A DNA stretch of 64,000 bases from Octopus sinensis. Lineage: Eukaryota. Positions 1 through 14,835 of the stretch are shown piece by piece. The notes beneath the pieces are model-generated. The model was not told where the DNA came from and did no database searches. It was given only the letters and a program-made list of their open reading frames with translations. A program made the position numbers and the translations under genes. How positions within the stretch are numbered: the stretch's first letter is position 1; each line of letters starts with the position of its first letter. The stretch is taken from assembly GCF_006345805.1 (NCBI RefSeq), contig NC_043002.1, positions 47,306,001-47,370,000 of the forward strand. The letters are read 5' to 3'.

Positions 1-382
1 ATATACATATTGGTTTCGCTTATCCAGTATACCCAAATCTATTTTGTGTTTTTCCCCGTATTGATTTGCTTTCATTATCAATCCACAGTTACATGCACAT
101 AAAGTCCATCTCCATTGAACAACAACGATAAAGAATAGTGAACGTAAGAGAAGAAAGCCTTAAACAGTATTCATTAAACAATACCGCTGTACTTTTCTAA
201 ATTTTGCTTTAAAAAAGATGTTACTTACCGCAATCATTGTCGTCGTATTTTTTTTGCCATTCAGTTGGCATTTTACATATGTAGTTAGTATAACTTCGTC
301 TCCTCAAAACGCATGAATATTCATCATCCAGATTCCTGATGGAGAGTAAAAGTATGACTAAATGTTATATATATCTACATAC

Positions 383-465
<83 letters not shown>

Positions 466-2514
466 ATAGACACGTATATATTTATCCAAGAGCATATTTA
501 TTGTTTATTTGGAATAACCTTTTACAAAAGAAAAATTCTACCTGAAGTTTTATTGAACGACTACCGAGATTCATAAAATGTTTTGAAACATAAATCAGTT
601 TGTTTTGATATGGATGGATTTTTCGTTGGTGTAATAATTGTAACCGTCTTAACTGTTGTATTCTGATCACTCAAATAACAATACTAAATGTCAATAGGTA
701 TACGAAGTAATGACAGTAAATAATCTTTTGATTCCTTTAAAAATGTTTGGCACATATTTGAATCTGCAACCTCTTTTTACTCCAGTTTGTTGTAGAAAAT
801 AATTCTCGTTTAAGTTATATTGAATAATACAGTGATAAATATGCACTATGTTCTAAAAAAAAACGTACACAATCTTTAAATAATATTCACAGATTTCTGA
901 TAAAGAAGGCAAAGCTTCTCAGTTAGTTCAGTGTTATCTCCTTGGTTTCTAATGCTGAAGATAACTAAAGCGTTCGAAACACATCCCATAGAGGACGTTC
1001 TGTGCAGACAACGGTGTTCTTACGCCTTTTTTTTTCATCTTATGCAAAAACTTTTCTCTTGAAAGCTGCAGTGAAAATCTCTAACAGGTTCGTATATGTT
1101 TCAAACATATTTGAACTTATCTACAGTTTGTGCACACACACAGACACACACACACACATACACACACACACACACGCACATACACACACATATACACACA
1201 AACAGAAACACACACACACAACGCACGCGCGCGCGCACATACACACTTATGTAAATATACACACACATACACGAGTTGCGAGACGAACTCATCTTATAAA
1301 AAGAAACCTATATACGTGTCTATGTATGTATGTATGTATGTATGTATGTATGTATGTATGTAGTTTAAATATATATATATAGTTCACATTTACAGAAAAA
1401 GATGAAGACAAGTGTCGGAACAACTAGTAATGGAGAGACTATGGAATAAAACGGAGAGAAAAGCTATAGAGTTCAGCGATCCAACATGGCGTGATGACTG
1501 GGAAAAAGAGGTCGAAAGAAATGGAGATAATAATGGTGATCCCAACGAACTAAGGCGCGCAAGCATGTGTGTGTGTGTATGTGAGAATGGTGTGTGTGAG
1601 TATGTATGTTTGTACAAGTGTAAGGGAGCGAGTAAGTCTGACGCGTGTGTGTGTTTTTCAAGTAGTGTGTGCACATGTGCATGTATGAGTGACCAAATAT
1701 TGTGCATGTGTATAGTGTATGTTTTATCGGTGAAAGTTATCTTTGTCTGTGCGTGTTGCGTGTGTTTATGTTTGCTGCATGTTGTGGGTATATGTTGTCT
1801 GTGTTCAGGTATTATGTGTTTGTGTAAGTGTGGGTGTGTGCTTGATGGTGTGTGCTTGATGGTGTGTGGTGTGTCTACTGAGTTAAAAAGGACGTTTGGC
1901 TGCTCGTATAGTGGTATGTGTGGTGACGCTATTGAAGATTGTGTATAGGTGTGTGGTGTGGGTACTGAGAAGTGGTCGGTGCTAGTGTGTGGAGTGGGAA
2001 GGTGTGTGTGCGAAGCGAGTGATGAGATGAACAGTGTTTATGGGTGTGTGTGTATTGTGTATATGTAGGTATGCATGCATGCATGTATGTATGTGCACAC
2101 ACAGAAAGAGTAATAGTGTGTGCGCTTGCGTGCGTGTGTATAGGCTTGTACGTTGTATATACATATATGCGTATTCTTTATCCATCTGCATGTATTTACT
2201 TCCATTTCATAAACACGCAATTAATTGAATGTGCCTCACCCCATCCCTATATAATGCACTCACTATTCATCTTCCCAAAGAAAACGTTGAAATTTAATCT
2301 GAGTTTATTCTGAAGAGACTCACGGTTTAATATCAACTATATTGATATCGTGTTTCGTGGGGTCTACAAGCGTTATGCGTTTTATCATCACCCCTCAACT
2401 AAATAATAAAAAGCGTTGGAATTAAAATCCAAAAGTAATCGTGTGCAAATGTTATCTTCCATAACTAAACTTTACTACTACTATATTATACTGCACTGCA
2501 ACAAATTACTACTA

Positions 2515-2553
<39 letters not shown>

Positions 2554-4196
2554 TTACATAATTAATGAAACAAATAAGAATATATATGAGATCAAGAGTG
2601 AAGACACGTGATAGAGAGGAGAGAAGAAGCGAGAAGAGAGATGGTGGATTTTTAGTAACATGCATTTCTTTGTATTGTTTTAAAATCTCTTTCTAGTTTA
2701 ATGTAATCCTCATTCAATGCTATTCTTCGGTTGTATTGGTTTTTTCCTCACCATAGAAATCAGAACCACAAGAGTGTAACAACTTAGAGCTTGTGTGCTC
2801 CAAGCTTTTCGACATTTTACCAAAGAAATTGAAAACTTTGTTTCGAGTGGATATAAATATATATCAAAGAAGGATCTAGGTACTCTACCATATGCAATTC
2901 CACTCAAGTCGGCGTCACTGTAAGGAATGCAGCTCGAAACAGTAATGTCACACTCTCTAAATTCAGCAAAACCTAACTAAAGAAAGGAAAATGGCACTAG
3001 AAACAGTATCAATAATTGATACTATTATTATTTATATTTCTAACTACATGTTATTTAAATAATTGCATTTTAATGAATAAATTGAATATTAGGGTCTGTG
3101 GTTGTTGCTGTTTGAACTAATTATATCTCTGGCTATTGAAAATATATTCTTGTGAATTGTGTAATATATAAGGTTTTATATAAATATCATAAATAATAAT
3201 TGATTTTAATTGTTATATATAATTATAAGTGTTTGAGTATACATATCTAAATTATATAAGGTGGTGCTCGAATATTGTTACCAAAAGAATAAAGAAGAGT
3301 AATATAGGCTAACACCATCTCTCACACTCACATGCACGTATGCACATAACGTCGCCATTGTTATGAGGAATCAAGTGTCCCAAATTAAAATTCTCTCATC
3401 TAGATTCGGTATAAAGAAATAGTCTGATGTCTTTTCAGTTGACTATATCTCAGCGTTATAAATTTATGCTTTTGTATCAATGCAAACTTCTTGTTTTCCC
3501 TTTTATCTACATGTATACAACATATATTCATTTAGTTAGATGCTTAAATGTATTAATTCACTTACCGACATTCAGCGTTTTTTTCCGTATTTGTTGGTGA
3601 TTTATCACATGCAGTTACATCACTCGAGTTACAATTAGTTTCTAAAAAAAATTAAGACCATAAAGAAAAGTTTAAAATAAGGCACACTTTAGTGGTATAC
3701 TGAAATAATATAAGAGGAAATTTTAGAATTAGTAATTGTTATGTGTAGTTTGGGTTCTAATGGGAAAGACAACCTTATGAAAACCATTGTTATTGTTTAC
3801 GTGTTTATTTTCATTACTTGATACACGGATGACTACATTACAGCGTAGTAATACATTATATACTCTACACACAGTTTGTACTGTTCACTAACAAATAGTG
3901 CCAAGAGTGGGGATGTGGTTTGGCATACGCAAACACATACATATGAATGTGTAACAGTAATAATTAGAAATCTGCATATCGTAGCAAATACACAAATGCT
4001 TAATTAACAAGTGTTAAAACGAAAGAAATTTCGAAGTGATAATAGTCAAATCATTCAAAATCAAGTTATTTCTAAAACTATTATATTGATCTCCGTATAG
4101 TAGTCAAAAACAAAATGAAAATATGCCAAGTGTTTTCTTTTTGATTTTGGAATAATAATTTATGATTTTATTTGAATGGTATACCACCCCTTTTTT

Positions 4197-4340
4197 GAAG
4201 GTGCGTGGCCTAATGGTTAGGGCATTGTAATCACGATAGTTAGATCGTGGTTTCAATTCATAGACTAGCCGTGCGTTGTATTCTTGAGCAAATCAGTTCA
4301 TTTCCTGTCGACTTAGCTATAAATAGCAACCTTGTGACAG
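4197..4340 (+). mobile_element. Degraded tRNA-derived SINE head
   Basis: A-box-like tggcctaatggtta and B-box-like ggtttcaattc, similar to the SINE heads at 5908 and 44109. Confidence 0.5.
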
Positions 4341-5840
4341 ATTGGAGTACACGGGTGAGATGGTGACTCAGGAGAATCATCCGAACAGACGTATTGCGAG
4401 CTTACAACGTTGGAGATTTTTTGATTGATTGATTGATAAGAATAACTTTGAAAGTGTTAGATAAGAGAACTTACTAAGACAACCATCGGTGTAGTACTTG
4501 TCCAACAGTTCAAAATGCTTGGTACAGTCTTGTTGATACAAACATTCTTTCATGCTATGAAGGTCACTAAAAAAGTAAAGATATTTAAATTACCATTCAA
4601 AATTTTACATCAACAAAACACAAAAGTAACATGTTTTATGCATCTCTAATCACACGTTATCGAATTGCTAAGGTCTACATTTGTATGCTATAAATCAAAG
4701 GTTCTCAACGGATGGAGTAGGCATATGCCCCTACCCACCACGGGAGCTATTTGGAACTCGAGGGGCCTTTTGGGGCAAAGGGGCACTGGGGGGCGTTAAG
4801 AGACTTGGGGGTGCGAGGTGGCACTGGAAGTCCCTCAACTTTAGTAAGATTAATTTGAAATTAATGAGTAGTAGCCATTTTTCACGTCTCCAGGACACTC
4901 AATTTAAAAAAGAACTTTTCCTTTTTGTTTCAAATTTCCAAAAACTTAAAAAATACTTTTTCCTCTTTGACGACACCAAGCAGATTCTGTGTAACGTGTG
5001 TCGCTAAAGCGAAACCCCAAAACAAAAACAAAAACGAAAAACAGATGACTGGTGACAGACGACTAAAAGAAAAAAATAATGAATAAAAGCGAAAAGCTGA
5101 ATGTGTATGTATTTGTGTGCAAATATATAAAGAATGGTGGTCAGAATTTTGGATAAAACTGGCTTTTGGTAGTGGCTGATAGGTATGTATTTGTGTATGT
5201 GAGTGTATGTATGGGTATGTTTGTATGTATATGATTGCGTGTGTTACCATTTTGAATTCCTTTCTGCGATTGAACTTAAGTTGGCTCCGGGCTATGAAAG
5301 ACCCAACCAACCAACCACAAACACACACACACACACACACACACACCACACACACACACACACACACCACACACACACCACACACACACACCACACACAC
5401 ACACACATACACACACATGTTTTGTACCCATTTTGAACTGCAGCCATACACCAGATAACGTGGTAAGTCTTATGTTCTGAACGGCTAAAAACACATCTTT
5501 TAGCTTTGGAAAACAGAACCTTTTCTTTCTTTTTATATACTTTATATACTTTTTGTTAAGTTAGAATTTCTCTGTTTTTGTCAGGATTTTCCTGTATCAA
5601 GCATTGGACGGAAGCATTTAAAAAAAAAAAAATTCATAGAGCCGAACAAATCAAAAATATTAATTTCAATCGTAATGATGGAGAGGATTAAACATTTTCC
5701 CTTTCTTTAATACTAACAAGAGCATACTGTGAGGGAGATTTGGTTGTTATTTCTAGCAAATTGAACAACCACACATACAGTACTTCATTCGCTTATTTGT
5801 TGATGTGTATAAGTAAACAACGAAAGGAGAAGCAGACTCT

Positions 5841-5896
<56 letters not shown>

Positions 5897-5907
5897 ACAT
5901 ATATTGT

Positions 5908-6263
5908 GGAGGCGCAATAGCCCAGTGTTTGAGGTAGTGAACTCGCGGTCATAAAATCGCGGTTTTGATTCCTAGACTGAGCGTTGTGAGCGAAAATATC
6001 TAAAGCTCTACGAGACTCCGGCAGGTGATGGTGACTAACCCTGCTATACTCTTTCTCTCACTCTTTCTTCTTGTGTCTGTTGTACCTGTATTTCAAAAGG
6101 TCAGCCTTGTTACACTCTGTGTCACGCTGTATCTCCCCGAGAAATACGTTAATAGTACACGTGTCTGTGAAGTGCTCAGCCACTTATGCGTTAATTTGAC
6201 GAGCAGGCTCTTCCCTTGATTGGATCTACTGGAACCCTCGTCGTTGTAACTGACGGAGTGCCG
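5908..6263 (+). mobile_element. tRNA-derived SINE (family A)
   Basis: Pol III A/B-box head. Aligns along its length with 44109-44489. Confidence 0.8.
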
Positions 6264-6414
6264 CTAAAAGAAAAAGAAAAACTATGTATATGAATGGGAG
6301 GAATTATGATGTAAGCACATGCTAAAACCTCTTATAACTTCTTTATTTTTATGAATTTTTACAATTTTTTTTCGATTCTGTCTTCTGCATAATGGAATTG
6401 GTATGATTATGCAA

Positions 6415-6823
6415 CACCCCACCAATTTTTTTAATTCGTGGTTTTAAAATACGGCCAGTCCGAATCTACCATCCATTTCTCTTTATAATTTCCAGATAGT
6501 TTTTTAATACTTTTATGGAAGAAAGTCAACTGACCGCCTTCACGCTTTTTCACATAATCCTGGACTTTATATGTGAAATGCCAGTGACATGCTGCATATC
6601 CATCAACAATATTAGCAGACAGACAGCCGTACAGTGGTACGACATATAGTCTAAGTAGACGAAAGCCTTCTTCTTAAGAGGAAAAATTATGTTGGTGAAG
6701 AAGTTTCGGATACTTGTGATTGTCGTAACCGACGGTGTGCCAGTTTTTTATGTGTATGTGCATGTATAAAGATATAATTAAAACAATAAGTATATACCTA
6801 CGTATACACACACACACACACAC

Positions 6824-6921
<98 letters not shown>

Positions 6922-7400
6922 ACAAAGCCTAATGGTGAGAATTTTCTAAAACTTTAGGGGGCAAATGGTTTTCACAATGAATTCCAATTTAATCGGAATC
7001 TACACGATCTGAAGTATATTTGAAGAAAAGAAATATCTAATTTTCTCGAGGTTATGAAGAAGCAAATCTTTGGGTCACAATTGTGTAGATATGCCGAAAT
7101 ATTTATATATACACAAAGATGTATATAAAACTAACTCTGTATGTATGTGCATGTGTATATATTTATATGTCTATGTGTAAGTTTCAGATGTTAGAATAAT
7201 GGAATAAAAGAAAGTCATAATAAAAGATCTCTCAAAAATGTATTTCCTTAATTTTTAACTACTGTTTCTGGCACACACATTTACGCAATTTTGATTTTGA
7301 AGTATTTAAAAAATTATTTGGAAACTATAAAGAGAAACGAATGGTAGATTCGGACTGTCCGTATATTAAAATCACGAATTAAAAAAAAATTGTGAGTGTG
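6415..7400. mobile_element. MITE-like element with ~100-bp imperfect terminal inverted repeats
   Basis: 6415-6512 (caattttttttaattcgtggttttaaaatacggccagtccgaatctaccat) is the imperfect reverse complement of 7300-7400 (atggtagattcggactgtccgtatattaaaatcacgaattaaaaaaaaattg). Confidence 0.65.
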
Positions 7401-8167
7401 TCAAAATTTTTCTCCAGAAGTTCATGGTTTCACAGGAATAAGTGTGGGAAACTGCATCAATATAACCAATTTTCAGATTTTTAAAAATTCTTTTTAAAAA
7501 ATGCAAATTTTGTGAATGAAACAAACTAGATCCTGAATAAGAAATGAATGTTTAATATAAATTTTCAGAATTTTTTACGTCATTTTCAAAGGGGGCTGAT
7601 TTTGTGACTCAAACTAACTAGATCCAAGTACAGTGAATACCATCCTCCACAATTCACTACTCATATAAAGTACATATGTATTTCAACAATTTCTATTAAA
7701 TGCACTCTCTTTCTTGAGCATAAAATTCCTCTTCCCGGGTGACAATAACTTATATGTCAGATTGTTGCACAAGTTCTAGCCGTTTTGATAAGGGAAATTG
7801 GAAAGGTTTGAAATGATTTCATTGGCATTTACTTGTACTAAAGACAACTCTTTCGATAGACAACTCGTTGATTTCATAAGTGTCGCGTAGTGTAAAAAAA
7901 CGCAATTACCAAACTTTCAATTTATTATTTGTTTTTTTTTTTTATTGCTTCTCAGTTTCTACATCTGCACTCCCGATTGCGTACAAGCGCATATGTAAAA
8001 CGATGTCCTTTATTTTTTAACCATTATATGCTGATATCAAAATAAGTAGTATATTTCAAAATAAAATATTTTCTAGGGGGTGGGGGCATTTATGACTCTA
8101 AGGGTCAAAATGGGTTGAGAATCTTTGCTTTAAATAAATTCTAAATTATACATTCCTATATAATTAT

Positions 8168-8381
8168 ATTCTTTTCTACTCTAGGCACAAGGCACGAAAT
8201 TTTGAGGGAGGGGCCCAGTCTGTTAGATCGACCTCAGTACGTAACTGGTACTTAATTTATCGACTCCGAAATGATGAAAGGAAAAATCGATCTCGGCAGA
8301 ACTTGAACTCCGAATGTAAAAACAGACGAAACACCGTTAATCATTTCGCCCGGCATGCTAACGTTTCTGCCAATTCGCCGC
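8168..8381 (-). mobile_element. SINE (family B)
   Basis: Minus-strand head ggcgaattggcagaaacgttagc. Homologous to the copies at 51121, 61598, 61828 and 63200. Confidence 0.75.
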
Positions 8382-8739
8382 TTTCCTATATAATTATATT
8401 AACACAGATACCCACCACACGTACATATATACATACATACATCAATAAGACTGTAATTGTATTACTACTGACGTATTTGAAGTGGAGCTGTTGTTACACA
8501 CACCTTAGATAACTTCTAAAAGGACTAGTCAATTAGGCGAGGGAAGCTCTATGATGTTGCTTCATCTATCAGAAATAACAGCCAGTTTCTCTCAATTCAC
8601 ATCCTGCTGTCTTAAGAAAAAGGCGGACGTATTGGCATTGTATACAAAGGCATTGTATACACAAACACGCATGCGCGCACACATACACGCATCCCGCCCC
8701 GCAAACACAGACACATACACACACATATTCATATCTGCA

Positions 8740-9160
8740 AGGATGACTCAAAAGAATATTAAAGAATATTGGTGGACCTTGAGAATTAAAACGATCACCA
8801 AGTTAAAACGCAACCGGCCAGATACTGTTATGTGCGATCACAAAGAAAATATATCCTCTGTCATGGAAACCAGCCGTGCTTTGGGCACTAAAGTGGTTAA
8901 CAAAACACAGGAGTAAGAAGACTTCTACAAACTATTGAAAAGGAGTTTGCAAATGTAGCACACAAGATACACTTTGGACTTCATATCTATTATTCATACC
9001 TGTCATTATTGGAGCCAGAGGATAGACGCCACACCGCCTAGAGCAAAGTATTGCTGAACTTTGAATCTTAGGGCGAAAACACAACTCCTTAATTATTGCA
9101 CTACAAATGATCTACATATCCGAGACTTTAAAAATCTGCAAGACTTTCTTAAGAATTGAA
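8740..9160 (+). pseudogene. Fragment of RLE-type non-LTR retrotransposon (R4/Dong-like endonuclease end)
   Basis: EYWWTLRIKTITKLKRNRPDTV resembles the WD..I.T....NRPD restriction-like endonuclease motif. Frame-disrupted. Confidence 0.6.
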
Positions 9161-9758
9161 GGATGATGAACACAGCAAGATGCTTTCCTTTGCAACCTTG
9201 CTACCAAGAAAGTTGCTATGAAAATTTACTCGAAACTCAAGAGAAAAAGAAAACATACATATATATATACATACTCACGTGTGTATGTGTGTGTGAATGT
9301 GTGTGTATGTGGATGTGTGTGTGTATGTGCATGTCTATGAAAAGAAATGGGGAGATCATAGCTAAGTCTGCTCGATCCGAACTGGTTGCGGACAAACGAC
9401 AGCAACAATCATAAAGGGTTTATTCAGAAAGCCTATAATCACTAGCTGACAAACATTTTTCTCTACTTTGTTTCTTCTATCTCTCCCTCAGCTTCTGTTC
9501 TTTTAAACTGCTTACATATCCTCCTTCATCCAAGTGCATTCGACACATCCCATTATATTCCATTTGTTTTGTGCAATGCGCCATGTCCCTTCACATACTG
9601 CTCTAAACTCTTCGTACAATCCTTCCTTGAACTAATAACTTCAAGAATTATCCCCTTATAAAAATCACAGCTATTTCAAATGTCACCCCAAGCGCAATAA
9701 TTCAGTTATATAATGTGGATGCATCTCAAAGTTGATGGAGAGAATTCTCTGCAGTATG

Positions 9759-9793
<35 letters not shown>

Positions 9794-10492
9794 CTCTTAT
9801 GGAGAAAGTATTCATACCTTGGTAATTGCTTTATCGTTCATTTTCATTTTCTATTGGACTGATTTATTTTATTCAATTATGGAATTTCAACATATACAAA
9901 AAAGTTATATATATATATATGCCAACCACAACTTTTAGGTATAAATTACTGTTCATACTTACGTGTGCGTGTATATAAGTGTATATATATATATGTGTGT
10001 GTGTGTGTGTTTGTATGTGTATGTGTGTACATATATATATTACACAAGAGAGAAAATGAGATGTTAGAGCATAAAATATATGCACATACACTCATTCACA
10101 AATTACTGCTTAATCTTTAAAACCTAGTACGGTAATATAATTAACTCTGTATAAAATGAAATAACTCCAGTAACTGCATGCTTGCCAAAAACACTGAAGA
10201 GCTTCGTGAAAAAATAAGAGTTGCTCCCCTTGACATATTGCTTCATCTCTGTTTAGTTTTTTTCAAAGATGGCGTCCTACTGACAGCCAAAAAAGTTTTC
10301 TCTATATAAGTTGACAATCGTTTATCGTGAAACCGGTACTTATTTAATTTGTAATGATGTAATGATGTAATATGATCCTAATGTCAGCATAAATTTTATT
10401 ACTCAAACTTTCTGTGACTCTTACATTTCTTTTCTTTCTTATATACCTATCCCACGTGTATACAGAACTTTCCACTCTTCCTCATATATATA

Positions 10493-10551
<59 letters not shown>

Positions 10552-10690
10552 TGTTCTCTCCCTGTTTATTTCTGTATTCCTTTCTGTCTTAACCTAAAAG
10601 ACTTTTTCACTTCCCGAACGTTAAACTAATACATCTGTTTATTGTTTATACAGTCATCTTCGTCTTTTGTTTTTTTTTTTGTAAATTCTC

Positions 10691-10744
<54 letters not shown>

Positions 10745-11700
10745 TATGGCAGGGATATCTGGCATATCCGAGAAAAACCCCCAGAGGTAGGAACAGGGAA
10801 GAAATGGAAAGCGGAAGAAGCAGTAAATAGTGCGATCGGAAAGCTAAGGCACGCCGATATAGTCGAAGCGACGCAATAGGCAAGAGCCGGTCAAGGGTTG
10901 CAAAATTTCAAATAATTGTGCATGAGCAGTGTAAAAGAGAGGAAGGAATATGTGGTCAGTCATAGAATCCCTTGGAAAGAACTTTGGACTTGGGAACAAG
11001 CAAGAACATCCTTTCTGATCAAGTCTACCTTCGACGTTTTGCCATCACAGTCTAGTTTAGTCCGGTGGAACCTACAAACGACTGATGACTGTAGATGCGG
11101 AGAGAAAGCGACGGTGAGACATGTTCTGTCAAACTGCAGGCTAGATATACATGGCATCACAACCAAGTCCTCGGTGTCGTAAGTGCACCAATCAAGGGGA
11201 AGATCGAGAGATAGAATTGGGATGAGCACCCAAAAGTGAAAAAACACTGAAGAATATACTTCAAGAAGAAGGGAAAAGGATATAAATCTAGGCCTTCAAA
11301 AAAAGTATACGAGACAGGTGAAATATGGAAAGGATACTGGGAGCTGGAAAGATTATTAATATGTCCACTCATAAAAACAACAAAAAGACCAGACTTAATC
11401 TTATGGAATACAGACCGGAAAGTTGGAATTTTGCTATAACTGACAGTGCCGCGGGAAGAGAACATGCGGAGCAACGGAAAGAGAGGCGGTATGAAAAATT
11501 AATCGAAGAGTGCGAGAAATAGGGGTGGACTATCGAGTATTACCACCTAGTAGTGACGTTCTTTAAAAGAAGATTTGCATTTTCAAGGTACAGAACTGAG
11601 AAAAGTAACAAGGAAGATACAAGAGGCAGTCAACAAGGCTAGCTTCTATATATGGCTGAAACGAAGCGACACGAAATGGCTCGAAAGCCATAATATGCCG
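10745..11700 (+). pseudogene. 3' part of an RLE non-LTR retrotransposon (HERO/NeSL-like), frameshifted
   Basis: WKELWTW..SFLIKSTFDVLPS..LVRW..CRCG..TVRHVLSNC (CCHC knuckle), then YTWHHNQVL, an RPD-like motif, RKERRYEKL and a terminal WLKR. Confidence 0.75.
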
Positions 11701-12799
11701 ACTGAGAGATAGCGTTGCCAGGTGAGACTGGTTGGCATGTACTCAGCGTTGCAGCTTGACGGCTGGGCCGAGGGAACCATCTCGTTCATTGCACGCCTTC
11801 CTCCCCGATAGTTCGAAGGATTGTACCACGAGACAACTAGTCGGCTCGAGCCGTTGGAGCTGAAACTCACACGACTCTGTTGGAAGGCTTAGAGAGGGTG
11901 CAGGCCAAAACCACGCGCCCTTCCCCTCCATTGGTCAGTAGACTATGTCACGTGACAGTCAGTCGATGCGGGCTGTTGAAGCTCAGATTGTGACAGTTAG
12001 CTGGCGCTGGCTACCGGAGCCTACCGGCGAGTATATAAAGGGAAAATTGGCAAGGTGGTCATTCGCCCGCTGACATTCGTTGACGCTGCATGGAAGACGA
12101 TGCAATCAAAGAAAAAATGCAGTCGACATGAAAAACTTACGGCCTACGGAGCTTTCTAAATGGCACGCCTAAACAAATATTACTTCGATACTTTTTGTCA
12201 TGTTGAAGGATGTCTCACGCAGCCCATTTATCGAGAGGGGTTCCCATGCTTGATATGGATCCACAATATCCTATATACGCGGCTTGTATTAGACGTATCA
12301 TTGGCAAATTCCAGAGTGAGAGAGAGAGAAAGACGGGAGGGAGAGAAAGAGAGAGAAGCAACTAGTGCTTCCTTTTAAATAAGGCAGAGACATGGAGGAG
12401 AAAAGCAACTGAGAACAAAGAGAAACACCTTAGAAAATAGTAAAAATAAATTCATGTTACATAATTACAATATTAGGCGGTTTCGTGAGATGTTCGCATG
12501 GATAACAATAAAAGCATGATTATACCCAAATGAATCCAAACGTTTCTTGATAACATCAATGTTACTTGGCATTTTAGAGGCAGCGGTATTGTTGGAAGGT
12601 ACCAAAAACCATATGATTTCCAAGCTGCAGTGTCTTGTAGCGTAAGCTAAGGTAAAACATGTATTATGTTTATATAGGAGTAAGTACTGTTATTGTTTAC
12701 TTTCAGATCATCTCATAGTGCTTTCTCATAAATAATGCGGTTTTTTCAATTGCATGAACTAAAAGTCGGACGGGGGGGGGGGATTAAATTACTTGCATC

Positions 12800-13580
12800 A
12801 ACTGGCTATGAAAATAGGTAGTAATTTGACCTTGTGCTTATTCTTAGTGCAAGTTTTGAAGAGTGTAGTTCGATTTTAACAGTTATTATTTCAAAGCTAT
12901 AATGGAAGTGACAAAGGAGCATATTCGGCATATTTTGCTTTATGAGTTCAATAAAGGCAACAACGCAACGGAAAGCACAAGGAATATTAATGCAGTATAT
13001 GGGGATCGGACAATAAGCGTAAGCCAGTGTCAACGGTGGTTCCAGAAATTCCGAGCTGGAAACTACAGCCTAGAAGATGAGCCTCACCCTAGAAGAGCTG
13101 TAGAGCTCGACGAGGATGTCCTGCAAACTCTGGTGGAACAAAATCCCATCGTAACTGTTGAGGAACTAGCAGAGAAGGTTGGATTTGCTCATTCAGTCAT
13201 TTATCGACACCTGCAAATTGAGTCAATGGGTTCCTCACAAACTTTCCGTCTCTAATCGTGCGCAGAGAGTGAATGTGTGCTCTTCTTTGCGGTTACGTCT
13301 CACGAATGAAACTTTTTTAGACCGAATAGTGTCTGGTGACAAGAAATGGGTTCTCTATAAAAATGTCAAGCACCGAAGACAGTGGTTAGGGAAAGGAAAA
13401 ACACTGGCACTCCAGGCTAATGGTCTTTACCTACGGAAGGTGTTGTTATCTGCTTGGCGAGATATAATAGTCTACTGTGAACTTTTAAACTCAAACGATA
13501 ACAAAAGAGATCTGTTGCGAGTCAGCGCTAGAAGAAAAACGGCTATCTTTAGTTTCAAGATGAAAGGTGTTTTTCCACAT
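12800..13580 (+). mobile_element. Mariner transposase pseudogene, 3'-truncated
   Basis: ORF 12902 has the mariner HTH (HIRHILLYEF..CQRWFQKF..LEDEP). The next frame carries WVPHKL and SGDKKW (degenerate TGDEKW). Confidence 0.9.
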
Positions 13581-13834
13581 ACAGCGATATAAGTTCAATA
13601 TCATCCTAACTTACATGAAATACATGACATGAAATACATGAAATACATGACAATTCGGATATTGAATTTAATCTTACCTGCATGAATTTGGGCTAGTATC
13701 CTTACAAATCTGAATGCTAGTTGTTTTACAACCTTGGACGTCTTCCGCTATAAAGATAACAAAAATAAAAGCAATGACATAATTTGAAAGTATAGCAGAT
13801 AAGTTCGTATTTATATAGATACGCACGTTTCGAT

Positions 13835-14212
13835 TCGAAAACTGACGAAAGGAATCTTATTTCATCAGAACTATGTTCCAGCACACAAGTCTTTACTCTC
13901 AATGGCTGCTATGCATGACTGTGACTTTGAACTGATTGATCACCTTCCCTATTCTCTTGATTTGTCCTCATCTAACTATCATCTATTACCCAGTATGAAC
14001 AAATACTTGACTGGAAACCAGTGTCGCAGAGCTGATAACGTCATATCTGCTGATCAACAGGATGAAACTTCACTAATGGGTTCCAAATACTGCAACACCA
14101 ATGAAAGAAGTGCGTGAACCAAAAGAGGGACTATGTAGAAAAATAAGCCTCATTTGGTCACATTCCATGAGAGTATCTTGGTCAGCCTATAGACATTTCA
14201 ACTACCCTCGTA
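13835..14212 (+). mobile_element. Mariner 3' fragment with right TIR
   Basis: HLPYSLDLSSSNYHL (YSPDLAPSD motif). Ends ...actaccctcg-TA. Confidence 0.75.
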
Positions 14213-14249
14213 TATATATAATGTGTGTGTGTGTGTGTATGTATATATA

Positions 14250-14295
<46 letters not shown>

Positions 14296-14330
14296 GTATA
14301 TATATATATATATATATGTGTGTGTTTATG

Positions 14331-14390
<60 letters not shown>

Positions 14391-14628
14391 TATATATAAA
14401 CCTTTACATAAATAAATAACGTGAAATACACGAAGGGACGAACATAAGAGACAGACGGGTCATTCAAAGCCTTCGTTCTTCAGTCAGAAACCGATTCCTC
14501 ATCGCAGATTTCGGCTGTTTAATTCTGAGATCCGCTCTGAATCGGCCAGCCACAGAAGGAAAGAATGCAACGCAACAGAGACGAACATGAAACGAAAAAA
14601 AACTTTTTTGAAGACAGTAACGGTTAAA

Positions 14629-14680
<52 letters not shown>

Positions 14681-14681
<1 letters not shown>

Positions 14682-14835
14682 CCTTTTACTTGTGTCAGTC
14701 ATTAGATTGCGACCGTGCTGAGACACAGCCCTGAAGAAATTTAGTAGAAAGAATTTACTTCAATACTCACTTTCCTAAGTTTAGTACTTATTCTAGCAGT
14801 CTCTTTTGCTGAACTGCTAAGTTACGGGGACATAT
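14681..14835 (-). mobile_element. SINE fragment (family C, 3' part)
   Basis: Reverse complement resembles the 3' half of 25418-25825. Confidence 0.55.

Larger units (their letters stand above)
4696..8127 (+). mobile_element. Decayed hAT (Charlie-like) DNA transposon with nested insertions
   Basis: TIRs caaaggttctcaac (4696) / gttgagaatctttg (ends 8127). 8-bp TSD ctataaat vs ctttaaat (7/8 match). Near 7969 a remnant reading LPIAYKRICK resembles the hAT C-terminal LPFATTYLCE motif. Confidence 0.7.

Noticed and set aside
1412-1948. 178-aa Cys/Val-rich ORF resembling a metallothionein or keratin-associated protein
   Set aside because: Degenerate (GT)n tract, and the composition is explained by the repeat.
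5908-5980. tRNA-like sequences at SINE heads (also 25418, 44109)
   Set aside because: No full cloverleaf. They are SINE Pol III heads, not tRNA genes.
11900-12150. CCAAT-like, gtcacgtgac palindrome and TATA-like motifs suggesting a promoter or solo LTR
   Set aside because: No defined TG..CA boundaries, TSD or downstream gene, so it cannot be supported.
14450-14490. CTGAAGA...GAAT...GTC on the minus strand (similar text at ~29904 on plus)
   Set aside because: GAAT replaces GAAA and there are no supporting stems. It is probably a shared repeat but not a supportable ribozyme.
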